DNA from: Parcubacteria group bacterium
Lineage (GTDB): Bacteria; Patescibacteriota; Patescibacteriia; UBA1558; GWA2-36-10
Direction of reading: 5' to 3'
Length of the DNA stretch: 64,000 nucleotides
NCBI GenBank assembly: GCA_003104935.1
Contig: PQAE01000006.1
Location: 1,037 to 65,036 of the forward strand
Within the stretch, counting starts at the first letter, position 1. Each line of letters opens with the position of its first letter. The translations under genes and the position numbers were made by a program. A model generated the notes under the pieces. It was given only the letters and a program-made list of their open reading frames with translations, was not told the DNA's origin and made no database searches. Shown here in pieces: positions 55,679 to 64,000 of the stretch.

Positions 55679-55808
55679 GCGGCCGAAGCTGGCCTTATTT
55701 TGTCATTCCCGCGCAGGCGGGAATCTAAAAGTATTATCATATCACTTAGCCTGTAGATTCCCATTTTCATGGGAATGACAGACAAGGCATACGGCCAGCT
55801 TCGGCCGC
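55679..55808. repeat. Nested inverted repeats (REP/dRS3-like pair inside a 16-bp IR)
   Basis: GCGGCCGAAGCTGGCC/GGCCAGCTTCGGCCGC enclosing TGTCATTCCC-N6-8-GGGAATCT and its inverse; same family as 8917-8941. Confidence 0.8.
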
Positions 55809-55819
55809 ATCAAAAAATA

Positions 55820-56818
55820 TCAAGGCAAATATTTTTTCTTGTTGGCTAAATGTTCCTCGTAGGTCTTGCTATAAATCACCGTGCCGTCTTTGGTGGTCAG
55901 AAAATAATAATAAGGATTATCGGTCGGGTAAATCACTGCTTTGATGCTGTCTAAACCCGGGTTGCCGATCGGCCCGGGTGGCAAGCCTTTAAATTTATAG
56001 GTATTGTAGGGTGAATCCACCTGCACATCATCGCCTGTGGGCTGGACCAAGCCTTTGCCGGTAATAAAATTAATTGTAGCGTCGGATTGCAGGCCGATCC
56101 CATTTTGCAGACGCTTAATAAAGACATCGGCAATCATTTTTTTATCGGCTTTGGCCGGCACCTCTCTTTCTACGATTGACGCCAAAGTAATAACCTCAAA
56201 AATTGTTTTATTTTGTTTCCTTATTTCCGCTCTTAACTCCGGGTCCAATTGGCGGCCGAAATCATCCAGCATCTTATCGATCAAATCTTTTTCTGTGGTT
56301 TGCTCGTCGATAAAATGAGTATTGGGAAAAAGATAGCCCTCTAAACTGGCCGTCGCCGGCGCCTCAGCTAAAAAATCATATTGCTCCTGCCAGTCCTGTT
56401 TATGGGCAGTCCATTTTAAAAATTGGTCATAATCAAAACCATTTTTCTGCAACAGATCTTTTAATTCCGCTCGTCCCCTGTCCCAGCCCTCAATGAAAGT
56501 AAAAGAGGTTTGCCGGTGGCCAGGGCCCAGCAATAAAATATTTACCAGCCGACGGACGGATACATGGGCCGGGATAACATAACTGCCGGACTTGATGTGC
56601 GTACCGGCCTGTTTGAACCAAACCCAGCTCTCAAAAATAAATTTATTTTGGATGATACCCTGGCTATAAAAATCGCGACTAATCTCGTGCACCCCCTGAC
56701 CGCTGGCGACGACGACGGTTTGTTGCTCATTCAGTTTGTTGCCCCGGATTACTCCTCCGCTCAGCCAGATTGCCCCGGCCAGCAACGCGATAAATAATAA
56801 AACGATTATTTTTTTCAT
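55820..56818 (-). CDS. mltG: Endolytic transglycosylase MltG
   Basis: LEGYLFP, LASIVERE, LQSDAT, SPYNTY..GLPPGPI.NPG. Confidence 0.96.
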   Translation of the reverse strand: MKKIIVLLFIALLAGAIWLSGGVIRGNKLNEQQTVVVASGQGVHEISRDFYSQGIIQNKFIFESWVWFKQAGTHIKSGSYVIPAHVSVRRLVNILLLGPGHRQTSFTFIEGWDRGRAELKDLLQKNGFDYDQFLKWTAHKQDWQEQYDFLAEAPATASLEGYLFPNTHFIDEQTTEKDLIDKMLDDFGRQLDPELRAEIRKQNKTIFEVITLASIVEREVPAKADKKMIADVFIKRLQNGIGLQSDATINFITGKGLVQPTGDDVQVDSPYNTYKFKGLPPGPIGNPGLDSIKAVIYPTDNPYYYFLTTKDGTVIYSKTYEEHLANKKKYLP

Positions 56819-56822
56819 AAAT

Positions 56823-57578
56823 TTAAGGAAGTAATAAGACCGTTATTCCCAGAATCAAGGTATAAAAAGAAAACCAATAAAAATAATCCCGATTCATAAT
56901 TGACCGCAACCAGGATAAAGCCAGGAAACTAACCAGGGCCGTAAGCGCAAAACCAAAAATCATGTAGGGATGAAAAACCAAAGTGTTCTCAGACAAGATA
57001 AAAGCTCCGATGATAGCCGGTATGGCTAAGATAAATGAATATTCAAACGCCTCTTTTTTATTTAATCCTAAAATCAAGGCTAGGGCAATGACGCTACCGC
57101 TACGCGATAGTCCGGGCAACACGGCCAGACCCTGCATCAGTCCCAACACTACCGCCAAAGTCAAATTCATCTTTTTAGCTCCCTGACAAAACTTGGTAGC
57201 CAGGACCAAAATACCGGTAACAATAAAGAAAACAGCAACACTGTGCGGTTGCCGGAAAGCGTCCATGCGGTCATAAAAAAAATAGCCGATCAGCGCCGTG
57301 ATAGCGGTGCTAAGTATGATATACCAGCCCCAGCGATGATGCTCACTATTTTGGTCCGGGCGTCCAAAAAAATCTCTGGCCACCGACCGGATTTCTTTGC
57401 GGAAAAAAATCAGTAGAACCAGCAGACTGGCCAGGTGCAAAAAAATGTCAAAACCCAAACTGGCTTCTTTGATGGCTAGCCATTTTTCCCACAAAATTAA
57501 ATGTCCGGAACTGGAGATGGGTAGCCACTCAGCCAAACCCTGGGTAATGCTCAAAATAATAGTGTCAAAAATATTCAT
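56823..57578 (-). CDS. uppP: Undecaprenyl-diphosphate phosphatase
   Basis: QGLAEWLPISSSGH, PGLSRSG. Confidence 0.95.
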   Translation of the reverse strand: MNIFDTIILSITQGLAEWLPISSSGHLILWEKWLAIKEASLGFDIFLHLASLLVLLIFFRKEIRSVARDFFGRPDQNSEHHRWGWYIILSTAITALIGYFFYDRMDAFRQPHSVAVFFIVTGILVLATKFCQGAKKMNLTLAVVLGLMQGLAVLPGLSRSGSVIALALILGLNKKEAFEYSFILAIPAIIGAFILSENTLVFHPYMIFGFALTALVSFLALSWLRSIMNRDYFYWFSFYTLILGITVLLLP

Positions 57579-57623
57579 TGTCCAATTATTCTATTATTTG
57601 ATATAATACCTATAAATAAATAT

Positions 57624-58055
57624 ATGGAATATAAACTCATTCTCATACCGCTGGCCGTGCTCGTCATCAATCAGGCTATCAAGATGATCATTGAACTGGC
57701 TAAAGGAAGTCTGACCTGGCCTTCACTACTGAGCTATGGAGGTATGCCGTCCTCGCACTCGGCTTTAGTAACCTCCTTGGCGACTGTCATGGCTTATTAC
57801 CAAGGACTAAATTCCGCCGAATTTGCCATGTCCATTATCTTGGCGCTGATAGTCATGCGCGATGCCTCCGGCATCCGCTGGCAACTGGGCAACCAGGGGC
57901 GCACTATTAATCAACTGATCAAAGAGCTGCCGGACGACCGGGAATACCATTTTCCAGTGCTGAGCGAAAAGTTTGGACACAAAAATACCGAAGTACTGGT
58001 AGGCATCTTACTGGGCCTGGTCCTGACGATAATCATCATTAATATCCTGCCCTAA
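57624..58055 (+). CDS. Divergent PAP2 family protein (DUF212)
   Basis: GGMPSSHSA, DASGIR, GHKNTEV. Confidence 0.92.
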   Translation: MEYKLILIPLAVLVINQAIKMIIELAKGSLTWPSLLSYGGMPSSHSALVTSLATVMAYYQGLNSAEFAMSIILALIVMRDASGIRWQLGNQGRTINQLIKELPDDREYHFPVLSEKFGHKNTEVLVGILLGLVLTIIIINILP

Positions 58056-58068
58056 AAAATGAATAAAA

Positions 58069-59646
58069 TCAAATTAAGGGCCTGCCGGTCATCTCCGGCG
58101 GTTTTTTTAAACCCATAATTTTTAAAATGGTTGGCGCGATATCGGCTAACACTCCCACCGGCGTGACATGACTCAAATCAGTTCCCATTGTCCCCACCAG
58201 AACACTTTTGCCGGCATAATCCTGCCCGATGACAAAGAGGGGCACGGAGCTGTTTGAATGTTCCTTATCTATTTCGCCGGTCTGAATATTGTACATATTT
58301 TCGGCGTTGCCGTGGTCAGAGGTAACCAAAACTAAACCGTCATAAGACAGAGCTGTATCGACGATGTCACCTACAAGGGAATCTAACAATTCCACCGCTT
58401 CCACCGTCGCTTCGATATTGCCGGTATGTCCGACCATATCCGCATTGGCATAATTGATCACGATAAAATCATAAGTACCCTCCTTGATAGCCTCGGTGAC
58501 GCGAGCCGTGATTTCCCGGGCGGACATGGCCGGTTTTTGGTCATAAGAGATGACCTGGGGCGAAGGAATAAGTGCCCGGTCCTCTCCCGGATATATCTTT
58601 TCCTGACCGCCGTTGAAAAAATAAGTGACGTGAGCGTATTTTTCCGTCTCGGCGATATGAAACTGCTTTAAGCCAGCTTCCGATATTACCCGAGCTAAAG
58701 GAAACTCCACATGCAAAGGCGGAAAGGCCACTTCCACTGGCAGGTCTTTTTCATATTCAGCCATAGTGACCAGCAATAAATCCTTAAAATAGGCGCGCGG
58801 GAATTTTTCAAAACCTGGTAAAACCAGGGCCTTACTCATCTGTCGCGCCCGGTCGGCACGAAAATTGAAAAATATAACCGCATCTTGGTCGCAGATAGTG
58901 GCTCGCGGCTCACCGGCGGCATTGGTAATCACTACCGGTTCAAATTCTTCATCGTAAACTTTTTTGGCGTAGGAATCCTGAATCGCTTGGAGCGGATCAG
59001 TAAACTTGTGCGACGCCTGCCCGTCCACTATGGCCCGAAAAGATTTTTCGGTCCGATCCCAACGGTTGTCCCGGTCCATGCCCCAAAAGCGTCCAGCCAC
59101 AGTCGCGATCTTGCCCACGCCCAAGGCCCTGATTTTTTCCTCCAGCTTATCCACAAAATTTAGTCCGCTATTAAAGGGCGTATCGCGTCCGTCCAAAAAG
59201 ACATGGATAAAAACATTTTTAATTTTTTGCTGCTGGGCCAACTCCAGCAAAGCATAAAGATGCTCATTATAACTATGCACTCCGCCGGAAGAAACCAGAC
59301 CCATCAAATGCAAAGTGCTTTTATTTTTTTTAACATGATCACAGGCCTTCAAAAATGCGGGATTAGTAAAAAAATATCCGTCCGTAATCGCTTTGGTGAT
59401 ACGCGTCATATTTTGATAAGCCACTAAACCGGAGCCGATCGACAGGTGTCCTACCTGGGAATTACCCATTTCCCCCCAGGTCAATCCCACCGCTTCTCCC
59501 GAAGCCGCCAGAGGCATGATCGGATAGTTGGAAGCATACTTATCAAAATTAGGAGTTTTAGCCAAAGAAATAGCATTGGCCCGCGAAGGAGGAGCAATAC
59601 CAAATCCGTCTAAAATTATCAGCACTACCGGCTTAGGTCTAGTCAT
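58069..59646 (-). CDS. gpmI: 2,3-BPG-independent phosphoglycerate mutase, copy 1
   Basis: ILDGFG, GNSQVGH, MDRDNRW, FNFRADR, AETEKYAHVT, DMVGHTG, SDHGN. Confidence 0.95.
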   Translation of the reverse strand: MTRPKPVVLIILDGFGIAPPSRANAISLAKTPNFDKYASNYPIMPLAASGEAVGLTWGEMGNSQVGHLSIGSGLVAYQNMTRITKAITDGYFFTNPAFLKACDHVKKNKSTLHLMGLVSSGGVHSYNEHLYALLELAQQQKIKNVFIHVFLDGRDTPFNSGLNFVDKLEEKIRALGVGKIATVAGRFWGMDRDNRWDRTEKSFRAIVDGQASHKFTDPLQAIQDSYAKKVYDEEFEPVVITNAAGEPRATICDQDAVIFFNFRADRARQMSKALVLPGFEKFPRAYFKDLLLVTMAEYEKDLPVEVAFPPLHVEFPLARVISEAGLKQFHIAETEKYAHVTYFFNGGQEKIYPGEDRALIPSPQVISYDQKPAMSAREITARVTEAIKEGTYDFIVINYANADMVGHTGNIEATVEAVELLDSLVGDIVDTALSYDGLVLVTSDHGNAENMYNIQTGEIDKEHSNSSVPLFVIGQDYAGKSVLVGTMGTDLSHVTPVGVLADIAPTILKIMGLKKPPEMTGRPLI

Positions 59647-59648
59647 GA

Positions 59649-61229
59649 TTATTTTTTTATTAAACTCTGGCCGGTCATTAGCTTGGGTTTGGAGATCTTC
59701 AGTATGTCCAGGATAGTCGGTGCGATACTGGCTAGACGGCCTTTATTTTTTAATTTGTATTTTTTTTGATTGGTGATAAGTATAAAGGGGACGGGATTGA
59801 GAGAGTGTTCGGTATCGACCTCACTGGTTTTAACATCGATCATTTCCTCGACATTGCCGTGGTCGGCGGTAATGATCAATGTTCCTTTTTTAGACAAAAT
59901 AGTCTTTGCCAGCTCACCCAAGGATCGGTCCAATATTTCAATGGCTTTGACCGCCGCCAACATGTTGCCGGAGTGTCCGACCATATCAGGACTGGCATAA
60001 TTTATCGTCACAAAATCATATTTTTCTTTAGTGATCGCCTGTATCACATAGCGGGTGATTTCCCGCGTACTCATGGCCGGCGCCTGATCATAGGAATCCA
60101 CATTTTTGGAGGGAATATTGACGCGAGTCTCACCGGCAATAGAATGATCGTAGCCGCCGTTGAAAAAATAAGTGACGTGAGCATATTTTTCCGTTTCGGC
60201 GATGTAAAGTTGACGCAAACTATGCAGAGCCATGGGCAAAGTATCGGCGATATCAATACTGGGGTAAGCGGTGATGATATGATCCAGATCCGGGCCAAAA
60301 TCGGTCAGGGTGACAAACAAAAGATTTTTGGGCAGATGCACGCGCCGGAAGGATCCGGGGTTTCTGGTTTCAAAATCTTTTTGGGCAAAAACCTTAGCCA
60401 GTTGCCGAGCGCGGTCCGAACGTAAATTAAAAAATACCAAAGCATCATTTTCGGAGATACTGCCAATCGGCTGACCGTTTTTGACCACGACCGACGGCTT
60501 GATAAATTCATCGCTCTCACCGCGGTTATAAGCCTGGCTAACGGCATCTATGCCGCTTTTAACATAATAGCCCCTGCCCAAAACCAAGGCGTTGTAGGCC
60601 AGTTTGGTGCGATCCCAGGCCTTTTTGCGGTCCATAGCATAAAAGCGACCCATGACAGTGGATATCCGGACGCGGCCGTTGTTAAAAATAGTTTTATACT
60701 GGCTGAGCAGTTTCAGGGCGGCAAAACGCGGACTGTCCCGGCCGTCGGTAAAAAGATGTAAATAAATTTTTTGCTTGGTCTTGCTCAAGAAAAAACTAAG
60801 CAGGGATAAAAGATGATCGTTATCGGCATGAGGACTGGAACCATCCGAAAGCAATCCCATCAGATGGACGTCCGATTGGCAATCCTCCACCTGCTTCGCG
60901 GCCTGTAAAAAAGCGGGATTTTTATAAAATGTCCCATTGCTGATGCTCTTGGAAATAATCACCGCATCCTGCTCAACCACCCGGCCGGCACCGATGTTCA
61001 TGTGCCCGGCCTCGGAATTTCCCGGTTGTCCCAGCGGCAAGCCGACGTCCCGGGAAGAAGCACTTAATTTGGCATGAACATATTTTTTATTCAGACAATC
61101 CATGACCGGTGTCTTGGCCTGACCTTCAGGGTTGCCTTTTTTTTCGACGCTGACTCCGTAGCCATCCAGGATAGCTAAAACCAGCGGACAATAGGGACGG
61201 GAGGATGGCTTTGTTTTACGGCTGGGCAT
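59649..61229 (-). CDS. gpmI: 2,3-BPG-independent phosphoglycerate mutase, copy 2
   Basis: ILDGYG, GNSEAGH, AETEKYAHVT, DMVGHSG, ADHGN. Confidence 0.93.
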   Translation of the reverse strand: MPSRKTKPSSRPYCPLVLAILDGYGVSVEKKGNPEGQAKTPVMDCLNKKYVHAKLSASSRDVGLPLGQPGNSEAGHMNIGAGRVVEQDAVIISKSISNGTFYKNPAFLQAAKQVEDCQSDVHLMGLLSDGSSPHADNDHLLSLLSFFLSKTKQKIYLHLFTDGRDSPRFAALKLLSQYKTIFNNGRVRISTVMGRFYAMDRKKAWDRTKLAYNALVLGRGYYVKSGIDAVSQAYNRGESDEFIKPSVVVKNGQPIGSISENDALVFFNLRSDRARQLAKVFAQKDFETRNPGSFRRVHLPKNLLFVTLTDFGPDLDHIITAYPSIDIADTLPMALHSLRQLYIAETEKYAHVTYFFNGGYDHSIAGETRVNIPSKNVDSYDQAPAMSTREITRYVIQAITKEKYDFVTINYASPDMVGHSGNMLAAVKAIEILDRSLGELAKTILSKKGTLIITADHGNVEEMIDVKTSEVDTEHSLNPVPFILITNQKKYKLKNKGRLASIAPTILDILKISKPKLMTGQSLIKK

Positions 61230-61236
61230 ATTGCTC

Positions 61237-62508
61237 TTACTTTAATTGTTCTTCGATGTTTAACAAGCGATTGTATTTGGCGATCCGCTCACCGCGGGAA
61301 GTAGCTCCGGCTTTGATATATTCGGCATTGACGGCTATTGCCAGATCGGCAATCGTGGTATCAGTAGTCTCCCCGCTACGGTGGGAAACTGCGATCTCAT
61401 AATTGTTCGCCTGGGCTAATTTGATTGTCTCTAGGGTTTCGGTCAGAGTACCGATCTGATTCGGCTTGATCAAAACAGTATTGGCCACAGACAAAGATAT
61501 ACCCTTAGCCAGACGATCTTTATTGGTCACAAACAAATCATCGCCGATCAGGCGGATATGATTGGCCCGCACAAAATGATCACTGCTTATCCTCTGCCAA
61601 CCCCCCCAATCTTCTTCGGCCAGAGGATCTTCCAAAAAGCGCACTGGATAAACCTCCATCAGATCGACATAATACTCAATCATCTCGTCGGTAGACAAAC
61701 GGCGCTTATCCAAATTTAATTTATAAATCCGCTCCGCCTCGTTGTAAAAAACAGAAGAGCCCGCATCCAGCCCAAAAAGAATATCTTCACCCAAACGCAA
61801 ACCGCTACTCTCCACGGCCTGCTGGAGCAGATCCAGCACTTGGCGGTGCGACTCAAAATTTGGCGCGTAGCCGCCTTCATTGCCCAGATCCGTATCCAGA
61901 CCCAGTCCGGACAGCAAAGAGCCCAGACTCTGAAAAACCTCGCTGGCTTGGCGCAATCTCTCGCCAAAAGTGGGAGCGCGATGCGGCACGATCCAAAATT
62001 CCTGAATGTCCAGATTAGTGCTGGCATGTTTGCCGCCGTTAACCACGTTGACCAGCGGCACGGGTAGCTTATATTTCTTTTCGGACGGATCATAGAGGTG
62101 GCGCAAATATTCATACAAGGGTAATTTAGCAGTCAGAGCTCCGGCCTTGGCTACGGCCAAAGATACGGCTAAGATGGCGTTGGCACCTAGCCGGTTTTTA
62201 TTTGGCGTGGCGTCCAGCTCGATCATCAGGTCGTCAATTTTAGACTGCTCGGTGGCTTGTAAACCCTTTAATTCCCTATTTAATAACCCGTTGATGTTTT
62301 CTACGGCCTGGAGCACCCCTTGGCCGTGGTAACGGGCCTGATCGCCGTCGCGCAGTTCGCAGGCTTCAAATTGGCCGGTAGAAGCCCCGGATGGTACTGC
62401 CGCGGTAGCAGTCAGACCGTTACCCAGCTCTACAGTGGCCTGCACTGTCGGTTTTCCCTGCGAATCCAGTATTTCCAAGGCGCTGATTTTTTTTATTTTG
62501 TCAGGCAT
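61237..62508 (-). CDS. eno: Enolase
   Basis: VPSGASTG, LGANA, GDDLFVTN, KPNQIG, SHRSGET. Confidence 0.96.
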   Translation of the reverse strand: MPDKIKKISALEILDSQGKPTVQATVELGNGLTATAAVPSGASTGQFEACELRDGDQARYHGQGVLQAVENINGLLNRELKGLQATEQSKIDDLMIELDATPNKNRLGANAILAVSLAVAKAGALTAKLPLYEYLRHLYDPSEKKYKLPVPLVNVVNGGKHASTNLDIQEFWIVPHRAPTFGERLRQASEVFQSLGSLLSGLGLDTDLGNEGGYAPNFESHRQVLDLLQQAVESSGLRLGEDILFGLDAGSSVFYNEAERIYKLNLDKRRLSTDEMIEYYVDLMEVYPVRFLEDPLAEEDWGGWQRISSDHFVRANHIRLIGDDLFVTNKDRLAKGISLSVANTVLIKPNQIGTLTETLETIKLAQANNYEIAVSHRSGETTDTTIADLAIAVNAEYIKAGATSRGERIAKYNRLLNIEEQLK

Positions 62509-62516
62509 TTTTTCTT

Positions 62517-62543
62517 TGTCATTCTAAATTTATTTCAGAATCT
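62517..62543. repeat. REP-like palindrome between pgk and eno
   Basis: TGTCATTCTAAATTTATTTCAGAATCT, with the same GTCATT...GAATC framing as 55701-55726. Confidence 0.55.
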
Positions 62544-62568
62544 GGCTTTTTTTAAAAGCGCTACTTTT

Positions 62569-63726
62569 CTACTTTTTTAAAACCTCTAAAGACGGCAAAG
62601 GAGCTCCTTCTAAAAAAGTGAGCATGGCGCCGCCGCCGGTAGAAACAAAGCTAAATTTATTTTGCAGTTTTAATTTATTGACCATGGCTACAGTCTCGCC
62701 GCCGCCGATAATCACTTCGGCTTTGAATCTGGATAAGGCCAATAACATAGTACGCGAGGCGACCATAAACTTTTCATTTTCAAAATAACCCAAGGGGCCG
62801 TTCCAGACAATCACTTTCTGTTTTTTTAAAATCGCCAGATAATTTTTGACTGTCTGCGGACCCAGATCAGCGATAAAATATTTTTCCGGCACCTGATTGG
62901 CCTTGACCGCCCGTCCGCTCCGAGCTCCTAAACTCTGGGCCACCACCACATCAACGGGCAAGTGCACCCGGGGGCCGGTCAGTTTGCGGGCGGCCGCTAA
63001 ACCGTCGTCGTCTACCAGCGACCGACCGATATCGTGGCCGCGCGCCTTGAGCATAGTGTTGGCCAGAGCGCCGCCTAAAAATACCTGGCCGCGCGATACA
63101 AATTTATTGATTAATTTAATTTTAGTGGAGATCTTGGCCCCGCCAAAAATGACGGACAGCTGGCGGCGCGTATTTAATACTTTGGTCAAATATTTGATCT
63201 CATCCTGCAACAGCAGGCCGGCGTAAGACGGTAAATACTTGGTAATCATATACATGGAAGTATCCTGACGGTGAATATTGCTGAAAGCGTCGTTGACATA
63301 AATATCGGCCAGCTGGGCCAATCTCTTGGCCAGCACCGCACAGTCCAGCTGTTCGCGGGGCTGAAAACGGATATTTTCCAATAGTGCCAATTGACCCGCC
63401 GACAGAGAACGACTCTGATCGGCCAGTTTGATCCAATCATGCTTCCAAAGCGGTACCGGTTGTTTTAATCTCCGGCCTAAATACCTTGCCACCGGTCGCA
63501 GACTCAAAGCCGGCACCACCCGACCCTGAGGACGACCCAAATGAGCGACCACGATGACTTTGGCACGGTGGCGCAATAAATATTTTATGGTCGGCAAAGA
63601 GCGCTCTATCCGCCAGGCATCGGCGGCTAAAACCCGTCCCTGCTCCAAAGGCACATTTAGGTCCAGCCGCAATAAAACTCTTTGGCCGGCGATCTTTTTG
63701 ACGTCTTGTACTTGGCGCAAAGTCAT
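62569..63726 (-). CDS. pgk: Phosphoglycerate kinase
   Basis: RLDLNVP, AHLGRP, LLENIRF, VNDAF, GGAKISTK, WNGPLG, STGGGA. Confidence 0.96.
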   Translation of the reverse strand: MTLRQVQDVKKIAGQRVLLRLDLNVPLEQGRVLAADAWRIERSLPTIKYLLRHRAKVIVVAHLGRPQGRVVPALSLRPVARYLGRRLKQPVPLWKHDWIKLADQSRSLSAGQLALLENIRFQPREQLDCAVLAKRLAQLADIYVNDAFSNIHRQDTSMYMITKYLPSYAGLLLQDEIKYLTKVLNTRRQLSVIFGGAKISTKIKLINKFVSRGQVFLGGALANTMLKARGHDIGRSLVDDDGLAAARKLTGPRVHLPVDVVVAQSLGARSGRAVKANQVPEKYFIADLGPQTVKNYLAILKKQKVIVWNGPLGYFENEKFMVASRTMLLALSRFKAEVIIGGGETVAMVNKLKLQNKFSFVSTGGGAMLTFLEGAPLPSLEVLKK

Positions 63727-63730
63727 AAAA

Positions 63731-64000
63731 TCATTCGGTCACGGGAGCGGGCGGTGTCATAGGCCCGGTGTCCAATATTATATTTGACGGTAATTGGTCA
63801 GCACGGTCCGCCTGATTTTGTTCGGGAATAAAGATGGACTGTACTGCCGGCAATTTGCTCAAATCGCAAAGACTGGCCGTCGGGATTTGAGCCAGGATAT
63901 TGCCGCTTATCTCAAAAATCTGGGAGCCGATATCCAGCGAAACTCCGAGTTGCGCCAGACGGTCAACTGTGTCGGTAGCCAGAGGCATGCGGTCAAAAGA
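63731..64000 (-). CDS. C-terminal part of a hypothetical protein
   Basis: Open frame entering from the window end and stopping 4 nt before pgk. Confidence 0.55.
   Translation of the reverse strand, partial: SFDRMPLATDTVDRLAQLGVSLDIGSQIFEISGNILAQIPTASLCDLSKLPAVQSIFIPEQNQADRADQLPSNIILDTGPMTPPAPVTE

Noticed and set aside
1-64000. Stop-codon recoding (code 25) and the many antisense/overlapping short ORFs
   Set aside because: Conserved genes are full length under code 11 and some end in TGA (e.g. fba); the shadow ORFs overlap well-supported genes.

Overview
Gene-dense bacterial window in the standard genetic code. Gene content (VirB2/TrbC-like pilins, short GAD-less AspRS, tandem gpmI, mraZ-rsmH-ftsL-ftsI-murF, housekeeping genes without Shine-Dalgarno sites) suggests a Patescibacteria/CPR genome; this is an inference. 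It carries glycolysis genes at both ends (fba, tpiA; pgk, eno, two gpmI), scpAB, aspS/asnS/argS, dnaB-ybaB-recR, rplU, rplJ-rplL with an L10 leader, a two-subunit [FeFe]-hydrogenase locus, an ECF sigma/anti-sigma pair, a P-type ATPase, two very large surface proteins and four intact tRNAs. The most unusual signal is non-coding. At 9359-9693 a complete tRNA-Thr(CGT) sits inside a GC-rich hairpin inserted in the D-loop of a second, fully base-paired tRNA-Thr, which has another palindromic insert in its anticodon. A third tRNA-Thr fragment with an insert at the same anticodon position follows, then a GIY-YIG nuclease and REP-like palindromes. tRNA-Asn and tRNA-Lys also have neighbouring palindrome-interrupted tRNA remnants, and related palindromes occur at start codons, gene ends and in the L10 leader. 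The window also has three promoter-to-terminator units with structured RNA but no ORF, and about eight stand-alone orphan-gene cassettes. All calls were made by eye; no database searches were run.
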